Shown here one piece after another: positions 36,931-48,711 of a DNA stretch of 64,000 nt (positions are counted from its first letter, which is position 1; the number at the start of each line of letters is the position of its first letter). The stretch is taken from positions 34,162,001 to 34,226,000 of the forward strand of contig CM060732.1 of the NCBI GenBank assembly GCA_030704615.1. The letters are read 5' to 3'. Made by a program: the position numbers and the translations under genes. This DNA is from Takakia lepidozioides. Its lineage: Eukaryota > Plantae > Bryophyta. The notes beneath the pieces were generated by a model that was given only the letters and a program-made list of their open reading frames with translations, had not been told where the DNA came from and did no database searches.

Positions 36931-39188
36931 GATACCCCTCTGGCAGGGTTAAAAAACAGGATACATTTTAAGGGCACCCTCATCTTGCCCATGCTTCCTA
37001 CAACCATCTATCCTGTGCAAGTTCAGTTTTTTTTTATCCCCAAAAAGCAGATGACAGTATATGCATCTGTATTGTCATCTGTTAGACGCACCAGGTTCAT
37101 GCACCCTCGCCTTGGAGTAGGCCTCGCATATGAGGTCCTCGTATTCATCAGTTTCATATGTCTCGCGGTATTCCCTTCGGTTCTCTATCATTTTGCTCTC
37201 CTTCATCGTGATTGCTGCGTCTGCCAACACTTGCAGCACCGTGCAAACCTACACAGCCAATGCCCCTGGAAATCCTAAGCAAGGTATAAATCATGCAAAG
37301 GCCAATTGCATCCATGGCCCATGATCCCAGCCAATATACCTTAGACAATGATATGCATGTCATTAATAGTAAACCCTAAACACCAAAACACCACGAATGG
37401 ACTGCAGCTCATATGACAGCCATATATGGAGATGGAGAGTGAAAATACAGCAAAGTGCGGAAAGAAGCAAAGAATGCGATAGTTGGTATGTGCGCGTCCG
37501 TAGAGGGAGACAATGAATTATGGAAAGTGATGCCGTCACCTTGAATTCTTTCGGAATACAACATCACAAATTGCAAAATAGGTAGGTTTATGCCTGACCG
37601 GGCTTCCCAGGATCAGCAAAGAATCAGCAAAGGAACGAACTCCTCACCTCAGCTCCATATGAAACAATGTGTTCACCTCACCTCCATATGAATGCTTGCA
37701 TGAAGTGGTTTGAGGACTAGCAAACAGGCCCACTTGTCCACTTTGCTAACTAGTGTACTAATAAAATGATTGCTGAGTATGGGTATGGTGCATTTAGGGC
37801 AAGAGAGTTGTTGTTCATACGCAATAGTTTCCCTAAACCCATGCCCCGTTTCGTCGTTTTTAGTATCCCTAGTTGTCAACCGGACAAAACCATGTTTCAT
37901 TTACGATCCAGCGGGTGAATCTATGCATGCATCTGTGAAAGAACCAACAAAGAAATGAACATGGCAGAGATATGAGGGTTTCGGATGTTCATTGCAGAAA
38001 TCATTCACCCGCAAGGTACAAACTGGACGAAGAGAACAATGAAAATCTAAAGAAGCGCAATGGTACTGTTGATCGTTCTGGAGCGATAACAAGGACCTGC
38101 ATGCAAGATACGTTTGTTGCGCAAGCGTTGCAACCTTCGAACACGACGAATACATCCTGCATCGTAACGATTGCCCAATGCTGTCCACCCAATTGACGCA
38201 TGACGGGTCACGGTACGCCAACAATAGAAACGAAAGCGAAAGCTGGTACGTGTATTCTCCACCTACCCTAGTCATTTTAGATGCATGGGGTCATATGGAT
38301 GCAATGGCATGCATGGGGAGTGTGAAGGCATGCATGGGGGATGGACGACGATGGCATGCCCAGGATGGGAGGCGGGATGGGGATGCGGGTGAGGACACGT
38401 CTCATGTCCCCGCAGCGGGCACATGAGGCACGGGGAGGCGTGCCGTGCGGCAGCGGCTGCGCGGTGTGCGGGCGACGGAGGCGGGGGTGGGCATGGGGTG
38501 GCGGGGGGTCCACGCTGGCTGAACCGGCTCCCTCGCATTCAACTCCAGGGCCCCATCTAATGCTTGGCCTTCTACACAGGCAAAGCACCAACGCCCACAC
38601 TGCTCTGCCTGTTGAAGCGCACAATAGATGAGAGTGAGTTTCTGCAAGCTGGTTGGCAGGGCTCTTGAAGCTTTCAAAGGGTGTCTTTCAGAATCTATAC
38701 AAATGCTCATGATGCGATCTGCATTGCGAGACCCAGATCACTTGCTAGCAAGAGGTCGGCCCCTTCCCTTCTTCTATGGAAACTGACCACAGGTTTGGTA
38801 TACAAGTGAAAGTCATTCTCTGCTTGCGGAGGTTCTTCGCCCCTTATTTTACCATCGGTCGACACGATGATCACGTCAATGCGGCTTGGACATACAAGCA
38901 TATATAACTTGCACAGTTTTAACTGCAAGGTCCATACTTGTGAGGTGAAAACTATCAACTTTCCTCAAGTGGTACCATGGTACTGCAAAACCTTTCCCTA
39001 CGGAACATTTTCTTCAAATCAAGACATGAAATAATTTCTTCATATCCAGTGGTGTATTCAGGCATAATCCGTGACAGGTTCCTTCTCGCTCCACAAAAGT
39101 AACTAGCGTAATGATCTCGGTATCTGTATGTAGCACGTGGTGATACTGCAAGCATATCTCGATATGCAAGACCTATTTTGCTTTTCAT

Positions 39189-39420
39189 TTAACCTATGGC
39201 CGGGGCCTGGGCCCTGGCACAAGTGAACCCAAGATTTATACATCTTGCAATACTTGAGTTTTGGTTACGCTGCAAGTAATTGTTGAAGTATTCATCGATC
39301 GTCACATATTTGAGATCTGGGTCGAGCTCAGTTGCCTCCACATCATGAGACCCCAGCTCGAAGTACTCCACCAAGACTGCGAATGTGACGGAAGCAAATA
39401 TATTTCCCGGAAAAGGCCCT
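39189..39420 (-). pseudogene. Degenerate duplicate of the last exon of the IFR/PCBER-like gene
   Basis: YFELGSHDVEATELDPDLKYVTIDEYFNN after the same TATGCAG acceptor; small deletions. Confidence 0.8.
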
Positions 39421-39639
39421 CTGCATACAAATTAAGCCAACTCTAAACATGTCAAGCTTGAGCCAATCTGCTTGGGTCGATCGTCGATCGGCAACCCTGA
39501 TTGAGGTCTTTTACTCTTGAGGTTGTCTACTTTCATGTGGTAATCTCCATTTCGTGTCATGGACTAAATTAGAATTTGGCCAAAAGTAAAATAAATTCCT
39601 AGGTACACTACGTTTTGAACTACTGTACTGACTACTGAC

Positions 39640-40110
39640 CTAGCTTATTAGGCACTTCCGCGCCTAATAATTAATTGAAAAATGGAATATTATTAGGCAG
39701 ATTCGTTTTTATTATTTAGGCACCTCACCTAGGTAATTTCCAAACATTAGGCATGTATTACTAGATAATAATGAACAATTATTTTTGACCTCCCTCAAAA
39801 ACTATTGTTGTGGTAATTTTCTTTAAAAAACATACCTAATGGTCTTGAAAATAGATATTACCTTGATGGAAGTGTCATTGAGAGCATGAGCCGTTGTCTT
39901 GCAAACATGCATATCGAGGATGATGATATTCCTGACCTTAACATTCTCTCAGATTCAGAAGATTCACATGAGATAGGTGATGAGACTTATGAAGATGTAG
40001 TTGCATCAATGCAGGGCCCTTTGGAAGTTGTATGGACATGAAATTATAAATTGCAGGCATTTTTACCGTTTTTTTGAACTTTAAATAATATAATTTAGGC
40101 ATTTTTTTCC
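39640..40110 (+). mobile_element. AT-rich DNA-transposon remnant (hAT-like)
   Basis: Reiterated TTAGGCA/GCCTAA motifs flanking an acidic C-terminal ORF tail (...IEDDDIPDLNILSDSED...). Confidence 0.35.
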
Positions 40111-40137
40111 ACATATTTGGTCCCTTCAGTTTTGGTC

Positions 40138-41453
40138 TTACGCTGCAAGTAAGTTGTTGAAGTATTCCTCGACCGTCACATATTTGACATTCGGGTAGAG
40201 CTCAGTTGCCTCCACATCATTAGAGCCCAGCTCAAAGTATTGGTCACCCTTCACCAAGATGGAGTACGTGAGGGAGAAAATAATACTTCCTGGACAAGGT
40301 GTCTCTGCATAGACAGCCACGTACGTTCAATCCAATCAGGTTGAGAATTTCAGCAACGAAGTACACTCGACCACATTCCGGGGTACTCCCATTTCCAAGC
40401 AGATTGGGTCAAGCAACATGTTTTGAGGATAAAGAATGAGGTCTTTTGCCAGGTTATCCATTTCAGGCCCGAGGTCTACAACTAAATTTGTCTTTGGACC
40501 GAATGGCTTCAAAGGATTTACACAGTTCCAATGACTCTCTGGATACAGGTGTGGGTAGACCCTCTGGCCCGTTTGATCAATGTATTCCAAAAAGAGAGCT
40601 TGACGTTTGCACCTGCTATCCATTTGAAGAAAAACTGGGAACGTGGGCGAAGTCGACCACTGACATGGAGAGGGCGGAACCATGTATAAAGAACTAGACT
40701 GATCAGTTTGACAGATTCAATCTCACTCAACTGCAAAGCGGCAAGCGTACCCAGCCTACCTTTCTGGTCCACGAGATTAACTCCCAGAAAGTAAGATTAA
40801 AGTTTACCTTCAATTTTTCAGTACTTCATCCTCTGGAAGATAAGTCTTCTCCAATTCGTGGCCTGTCTTCTTTTCCCAGAGTGCCACAAGCTCATTGACC
40901 GTGACTGTGTTGGGTCGTGGGCGAATCACAAGCTGTTTGTTCAGAGTGCGGGGATCATCTGCCGCTTTGATGGTAAAAGTTGCAATGTCCTCCTCATCCA
41001 CAAAAACAGCTGCTTGAACAGTCAACACACTGCGATCTTTTATGTCAGCTAGAGCTCTTAACGACAGACAACAAGTTGAAGTTACCAGAATGAAAATGAC
41101 ATCGGTTCTATGCTGAGTGCTATGAAGGCCGCATAACTTTCCCGTCTTGAGTAGCTTTCTCCAGACTCCGATTTTGAGCTCATAGATTAGAGATGCACAG
41201 AAGAGAAAGGAAATTAGCACGAACCTTTGCAATTTCCGGTACCCCAAATGGTGATCTCCTTAATCTGGGGGGCTGAGAACCCTACTATAGGAAAAACCCA
41301 GTGTGCGAAGGCATTGCTATTCACGAGCGTGTAGGGGACACCTGCCTGTTTGATAGCATTGCGCACTTGTATTTTAGGATTGAAAACGGCCTCTGATTGC
41401 TTCAAGATAGTCGTTCTCTCAACGTCATTACCAAATTCCGAAGGAAGGAATCT
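40138..41453 (-). pseudogene. Isoflavone reductase/PCBER-like (NmrA family) gene, last three exons only
   Basis: Exons 41225-41453 (RFLPSEFGNDV), 40808-41009 (AVFVDEEDIATFTIKAADDPRTLNK) and 40138-40304 (DVEATELYPNVKY). One-nt loss in an A run at about 40815. 5' GxTG exons not found. Confidence 0.88.
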
Positions 41454-43312
41454 CTGCACCCGAAAAGAGATTTAGGACGAAATTATCTACCCCAACTTTT
41501 CGCATACTTTTTCCAATTCCGTGGCCGCCTACAGCCTGCAAGTTTCAAGGGTACCCTTTTGCACTTCCAGGCTCACAAATGGTACGCCTGTGTTGCGTGT
41601 CGGTCAGTCCTGACCTAAATTTTCCCAAATACCTCCTTCAAATTCTGAAGAAAGCTTGAGTGCTTTATATGTACACGCGTGTATATATTTACTTCAAGAC
41701 TGACGAATCTTCTATTGACCAGTCACATACTTCAGACTTTAGGTCTGAAAAGCTGTTCCTTGGGCACATTTGTGCAGCTCCCTTTCCTGATGCACATTAT
41801 AACTTAATAACAATTGTCATATCTGGATTGCTTACTCAAGTCCATCACATCCTTGCGCCAAACAGGGAGCATTTAAAGTTTTGGATCCCAGAGTTGGTGC
41901 ACGGATCAGGGGGAGTTAATCAGGGCTCCTTCAGTTGTTGACCACGGTTTCATTGCCTGACCGAATTTTTTCCTTGTACTTTTACCATGCCATTAAAAAG
42001 CGGAATATATCAGCGCCCAGGCTTCTTTCACTTTTTCTTGTTTCCTTTCCCAGGATGAGGCCCTATCCATAAAGTAAGGGATTTTTGGGCCAGTTTCGGG
42101 TGAGTCGGACAGGAGCTGGCTGTACAAGAGTCAATTAGCGGTGCAAAGTGGTTTTGGAGTGTATCGGGTGGCTGAGGAGAATTTGCAGTGTTATGTGTCT
42201 TTGTGATTGTTTTGAGGCGGTGGTGAGGAATTTGGGTTACGTCTCTGGGTTGTGATGCAAGGGGAAGCATGGCGAAGCTTTCATGGAGTTCGGCGAAGAG
42301 GCAGCTTACAGTACGTTATCACTTTCGGCTGTGCTTGAGAGCAAGAAAGGGAGATTCAACAAATTATGATTTTATTTCTTGAAAATCTTTTCACAATTCA
42401 TAAAGGTATCGAGCAATTCACCTGAACTATTGCCGACATTTCCACGAAGTGCACAATTCTTGATAGAAGTTTCATTTTCCGCCGTCCAACTGATCATGCT
42501 CACAGTAACCTACACCCTGCTCAATGGTCATAACAGGGGAAGCGATGCGGCCCTAAGTTGCTGCAGAGTAGTTGTGAGGAGGCCTGCAAGCTCAATCCTA
42601 TTGTTTAGATTGCAAAAGTTGTCAGTAAATTGTCGCCTTCTGATCGGCATAGTGTGAGATGATGATGACAATAGTATCCAAAGAGAACCCCTTACTTGGT
42701 TTGATATATTAGGGAGTCCTTCAGGTTGTGCCTAGACGTTTGTCATGGTGCATACCTTCTCTTGCTGCATCTTTTGTGTAGGAAATATATCATTCCCGAG
42801 CTGTTTAGCTTCTTCTGGTACTCAGAGTAACCTCTCTGTACGAACCCTAGAAATATGTCATTTGATTGTGGCTGGCTGTGGCAGGTGTTTGAGCATGAAT
42901 TTAAGGCTGCAAGACATTAGTCTTCTGCTGTAGATGAGTGGGAGAGTGAGGAGGCAAGGGGGGAGGACTATTGTTACTGTTTGTTTTCTGCCTCGTTGCA
43001 CCATTAGATTGATTGGGTTGGCCGGGTTCCTGGTGCAAGGGATTAGGAAAGAAATTCTTATAAAACTTGTATTAGTATTGATTAGAGCTTCCGTCAGTTT
43101 GCTGTGGAAGAAAAGTGAGGTTGGGAGGGGGGAAGAGGGAGGTGACTGTTACTGTTAGATTCTATGCAGTATTCGAGTAATTGGGTATGGGGCTTCTAGT
43201 GCAGGAGATTTTGATTGGATTACATTCTGCGAGTAACTAAAAATAATAATTAAAGGTGTATTTTGAGAAGTTTTTTTTAGTAGTTAAATGAGTTGAGATT
43301 TGCATTTCTCTC

Positions 43313-44243
43313 ATGGCGTTATATTGCGGAGAGGGTGACTTTGAAGGATTGACCATATACCATCAACAATCTGTCAGCAGACCTGTTTGCGGGGATGTAG
43401 GTGATGGAAGTTTGCTGGCAAGATACTCGAGTCTTTCGCCGGTATGCTACATGGGCTTGGCCTCTTTCAAGAGGTATTGTAATGATCGGTGTGATGATTT
43501 TGTTGATGGATATGAGGGCTCCAGTCAGTATGTTGCATTTACGGGCGTGAGTCATAAAGACATAATGCAGATTGATAGCCTCCGGGAGGGCAAACAAGGG
43601 TCACTGCCGAGAATGCGAGTTCTCTATGACGCTTCAGAGGAGGTGTTGATTGCCAAGATTATGGTGAGTCATAATCACGACATGGTTGCAGAGGAGTTCG
43701 CGATTGATTTTATGTCCAAGGTGGCCGCTTTTGGCCTTCGCCGTGAGGTTGTACCACTTGGATCTGGGCGGTTTGGGGACCCACCACCGATCCAAGGAGC
43801 CTGACAAGGCCTACAAACCTAGAGCAACTCGCCCACTCATGACCGACTGGCCTAGCTTCGTAATCGAGGTGGGTTTTTCGGAGTCTATTGTCATGTTGCG
43901 GAATGGTGCTTTCTTCTGGCTTACGAGGAGTGACGGTCAGACAGGGGTTGTTCTTCTTATCCACATCAACAGGCTAGATAGAGAGATACTCCTGGAGCGG
44001 TGGGAGCCGTCGCCTGACACACATCCACGGCATGTGGGTGTGGGTGCTCACTATGTTCCTACAATGTCATGTATTCAATCTGTGACATTGGTGGATGGGG
44101 TTCAGTATGTTGGGGATGCCCTGGTGATACCAGCTGCCAAGGTTTTTGACATTTTGCCCCCAGGTGTTCCACCTGGTGACTTTGAATTTCTTCCCCGGGA
44201 TTTGGATACTTTTAACGTGGGTATTTGGCAAGCGTTTGGTTAG
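43313..44243 (+). CDS. Intronless PD-(D/E)xK / Uma2-like nuclease-fold protein of a type common in fungi (one frameshift)
   Basis: LIAKIM...H, GSGRF, SKEPDKAYKP, DWPSFVIEVGFSES...LR....W. Frameshift in a G4 run at 43775-43778. Confidence 0.65.
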
Positions 44244-45216
44244 AAACGGTTAAAAACGGCGTTTGGTTGTATACTAGTTACAGTGTTTTTTATGAGCTTC
44301 TCCCTTCTTTTCTGTATGCACCTCCTAGTGTAGTCCGTGTTTAATATTATCTGCAGTCGAATTTCAGTACTTTTGTTTGGCAGGCTTCAAGTTGGGGAAT
44401 TTGGCAACATATTCTGGGGGTTTGACCCTTGACTAGCTGCAATTGGCAGAATTGTCCTGCACTACCACTGAGGTGCATTGTCTTCTTTCATTTTTACATG
44501 AGAATTTAATTTGTTTTTGATATTTTGACAAAAGGACTGCCGACTTGCATTTCACAAGAGATGCAAACAGTGATTTCATCTTGTGGTTTGAATTCTGACG
44601 GCTCTGATGCTACAAATGACGGCTTTCAGGACCTTAAGTGGATGGCTGAAATATCTCCTTTAGTATGCTCAGTTAAGAGGAAGCTGTTAGGTGGGAATTT
44701 TTGTAAATCATTCTTTCGAGACTAGGTAGTTATTAGAGTGGAGGTGCCGGTATTATTTGTTTCAGTTATGAAGCCCATGCTTTTTGTTAGAGCCTTCTTA
44801 TAGGAATTCAGAATTGGGATTGCTTTATTTCAATAGAACTCTTCTTTTGAACGCTTTCAGTCAAGGCATCAACATCATGTGGGTGAGTCAGAAAACAGGA
44901 AGCCAAAAGTCTAAATAGTATTTGTCTACTCATTGTTTTTTCTGGAAAAGTTCCATTTTAAATTATCATGTGGGCCATATCCTGACTGCTGAGATTAATG
45001 AGCCTACTCAGTACAAACCAAACTTCCATCAGACTTCATCACCTTGCATAGCACCTCAACCACTATATTAATCCTCACTTCCCCTCCTGTACTCATCCTC
45101 CACAGTCACCCAGCTGACCCAGTTGCAGTAGCAAGTCCACTGAGCTGAACATAGTAGTACAGATCAAGTTTTGGGGAACTTTTAGCAGGACTTTTAGCTG
45201 CAGTTCATTGTGCATC

Positions 45217-45552
45217 ATGAAGTCAGCCCAAGCCATGGCTATAGTGCTCCTTGCTGCAGCTCTTCTGAGCTCCTTGTTGCTGCCTTCTGAGGCAGGAAGG
45301 GCAATTGGCGTCCAGAAGGATTTGAGCAGCTTATTACCCAGCTGCTCTCCTCCTCCAGCTCCTGTTGACACTCCTTACACTCCAACCACTCCTGATACTC
45401 CTTACAGCCCCACTCCCACATACTCTCCTCCAGCTTATACCCCAGGTTCTCCGCCATATGTGACTCCCTCTAGTCCTTCCCCAGTTTATGAGTCTCCCCA
45501 TGTTTACCAAGCCCCTCCAACTCCTACCTATTCTCCTGATGTGGCATTGAAG
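45217..45552 (+). CDS. Exon 1 of a secreted proline-rich/extensin-like cell-wall protein
   Basis: Signal peptide (MKSAQAMAIVLLAAALLSSLLLPSEAGR), SPPP/TPY/YSP repeats, upstream TATA-like CTATATTAA at about 45064, AG|GT donor at 45552/3. Downstream exons not identified. Confidence 0.7.
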
Positions 45553-47251
45553 GTCAGCCTGGGTCTAGCTGTCCTTTTTGTTGAAGTTACAAAAAGGCAT
45601 CTTTTAGATAAACATAAAAAGATACTATAATTGTTTGAGAATTTTGAAACTATGTGGAACTTCTTAACCTCAGAAGTAACCAACAGCCATGATGAGAACC
45701 AACGAGTCAGTGTGTGGAGGCTCATCTTCCTTTTCAAGTTATCAAGTTTGCTTTTTATTTTCTCTTCAAACTATTTCTTTCTTACAAGTTTCTTTGTAGC
45801 CCCTCTCTCTTCTTGTTTTGTTCTTCCTCTTGTCCCATAAGTAGGCCAAGGGCTGGCATTACAGCGATTGCAGGCTGCATGGAATATTACCCTGTTGGGG
45901 AAATCCACAGCCAGCTTGTGGATGAGAGTAAGGCAAGGGAAATATCTTCCCAATGGGTGCATCTGTATTTACAGTATACTCACCCAAAATTGCATTGTAC
46001 ACATGATAATGTCTGCTACTGCGATTAAGGAGGTGCAATTGCTTTTCAGTGTGTGCAGCTTCAAAAGAGTGCAAAATGAATGGCTTGCACAAACTGACAG
46101 AGGCTTTAGCAATGCAGGAAGGTTAACCACAATCTTTTCACCATAATTGCTCAATTCAAGTAAGCGCCATGGGCGCCAGGACAGTATACTCTAGAAAATC
46201 AGATGGAACCCGCACCACAGTTCTTGAAGGTTTGGTGCTGCTAGTATTATTATCCTATGGGAGCGCTCTTGTGTCCTGTACAGTCGTCAAAAGTGCGTCA
46301 GCACAGTTACAGGCCTCGCAGGTAAAGTGACGGCTTGAATCACAGACGAGCTGAATAGTCCAAGTTCAATGTAAGAGAAAGAGAGGGAGAAAGAAGTGAA
46401 AATTACAATCTACTACCAGTAGCAGACCAGGGTAGCAAGGTAGAAGGCTAGAGGAGCAGTTCTCTAACTAAGAAGCAATGGGGAAACAATCCCAAAAACC
46501 TTAAGGTTACAGGGGTTGGTTCTAAAGGCACGCAGGAATTCCGGAATTCACGAAATGACCATCAGAAGAGCCAAAACGACGTGACGACGGGAAGCGGTCG
46601 ATACATATCGACAGCTCACCCCATCAATTTCATCACATGAACCAAAAATGCCAAAAGTTGAGGCTGACTGAAAGTAACATGCTTACAAGGTGGTTTTCTT
46701 GCTCAGTCAACTGACGTGCCGATGTGACTCCATTCACTGAGAATCTGAGCCAGTCAAGCTATCTGCAGTGAAAGAACCACTTTCTTCAGAGGAATTCAGC
46801 ATCGTCGCACTATCGGACTCGAAGGTGTCCATCACCCGTGACACCTTAAGCGCTGTTCCAAGATCGAAAGATCCTCGTATTCTTTCCATTCTCCTCGTTC
46901 TGTCATTGCGCATACAGCAACGGTTGAAGTTCTTGGTTGATTACAGGGACCAGAAGCTTACTGTTGGAAAACGGTAATTGCCGTTCTTGAGCTATTAACC
47001 ATACTGTCACGCACTTGTTCTCGCAAACGTTGGTCCTAGAGCTGGCTGTCAAGACGACCAGCCTCCATGAATCGCAGACATCCATCCCCTGTCTGCTCGG
47101 CGACCATACCATACACAAAACTGAGGAAGCAGGCGGGACGTTCTTCTGCAGATGCACCAACACACGAGAGAGACACCCCCGCGAGAGAACAGAGAACGTC
47201 CCGGCTCCTACCCTTATTGGGCCATTTGACGAAAATACACCACGCTCATAT

Positions 47252-47296
47252 ATCCCATATCGTTTGCCGCGATGAGAATCTGAAGGGAGTATATAA
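47252..47296 (+). promoter_or_regulatory. Plant snRNA promoter: USE + TATA
   Basis: ATCCCATATCG at 47252-47262 (consensus RTCCCACATCG); TATATAA at 47290-47296. Confidence 0.8.
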
Positions 47297-47320
47297 CTCT
47301 CATCGCGCTCATCGAACTTC

Positions 47321-47513
47321 ATACCTTTCTCGGCCTTTTGGCTAAGATCAAGTGTAGTATCTGTTCTTATCAGTTTAATATCTGATACGAGACTCATCGA
47401 GTCTCATGATATTAATCTAATTTTTCTCGGGTGCGGGTCCACCCGGCAGCTTGCTGCCCGGACCCGCGTTCGTCGCCTGGGTATTGCACTACCTCCTCGG
47501 CCGGCGCAACCCT
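47321..47513 (+). ncRNA. U2: U2 spliceosomal snRNA
   Basis: ATACCTTTCTCGGCCTTTTGGCTAAGATCAAGTGTAGTATCTGTTCTTATCAGTTTAATATCTGATA, Sm site AATTTTT, stem-loop IV TATTGCACTAC. Confidence 0.97.
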
Positions 47514-47562
47514 CCCGAAGGGCAACCCTAATAAACCAAACTGGATGAATATCACTAAGTTG

Positions 47563-47929
47563 GATGGATGGAAATAGGAAAGTATCAGCATCGATCGATA
47601 CAAATATCTCAGTAAGTGTGCATTTCATTGATACAGAAGACGACCAAGCATGCAGTTCAAGCTTGGTAGAGGCGAGGATTCAAAGCGACCGTCGGGGGAT
47701 TACTACTGATGTCATTCGGGAGGGATACCGACACGGGTTGAGGCCGATGGATGGAAATAGGAAAGTATCAGCATCGATCGATACAAATATCTCAGTAAGT
47801 GTGCATTTCATTGATACAGAAGACGACCAAGCATGCAGTTCAAGCTTGGTAGAGGCGAGGATTCAAAGCGACCGTCGGGGGATTACTACTGATGTCATTC
47901 GGGAGGGATACCGACACGGGTTGAGGCCG
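47563..47929. repeat. Apparently perfect 183-bp tandem duplication
   Basis: 47563-47745 repeated at 47746-47928. Confidence 0.92.
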
Positions 47930-48221
47930 GATTATACTTGAAGTAGGCCGCGATCTCCCGAGTCAAGACTAATTTGGTTGTTCCTCCGCGATTGTTAGGG
48001 AAGTGAATTGTGTGCAAGTGTCTGGCAATCTCTTCGACGTCGACCCAGACAGTGCTGAGTGTAGACAGGGTGCCCCTCGCGGATCATCTTGCTTTGGATC
48101 TATGGAATCATTGCAAGGGAGCTCAATATTTTTTCGGCCCAGCTAGCGGGCACACCACAATTTGGTCATGAAGCGACGGGTAGTATGGCGGGGCTGTAAA
48201 GAGCAGCGCTGCATCCGATCG

Positions 48222-48711
48222 ATGCTGGAGGCGTTCTTTAAGATTTCCAGCTCCAGCATCATTAGTTACGGTGCCAAACCTACCAAATGGTTGCCCGGCA
48301 CATGCAGCAGCTGGGTTCTTCGTCATGAGTATTCTCAAATGCGCTACAACTATGCTGACGCTGTACGCGAGGAAGGCAGTGGAGTGGTGGTGGAAACTCC
48401 TGACTCACAGGAGACCGTAAGTGGACGCGCTTCATTACCACCTACGCAGGAAGGGCAGAAGCCACGGGTAGTTGTTTTGGGCTCTGGGTGGGCGGCCTGC
48501 CGGCTGCTCAAGCTGGAGATCAACACACGGCTGTACGATGTGGTGGGTGTGTCGCCACGCAATCACATGGTGTTTACGCCTTTGCTGGCATCCACATGTG
48601 TTGGCACTCTGGAATTCCGCTCTGTGGTGGAGCCAGTGGCAGCATCCAGCCAGCCCCTGATTCCTACTTCTTTCTTGCCCACTGCAATGCCATTAAAACG
48701 GAGGAACATAG
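48222..48711 (+). pseudogene. Type II (internal alternative, NDA-like) NAD(P)H dehydrogenase, exon 1 fragment
   Basis: [14 protein letters not shown]...[30 protein letters not shown]. Frameshift/deletion before SYFFLAHC; no downstream exons seen. Confidence 0.85.

Noticed and set aside
46903-47397. 164-aa ORF beginning SDIKLIRTDTTLDLSQKAEKGM
   Set aside because: Antisense translation of the U2 snRNA gene.
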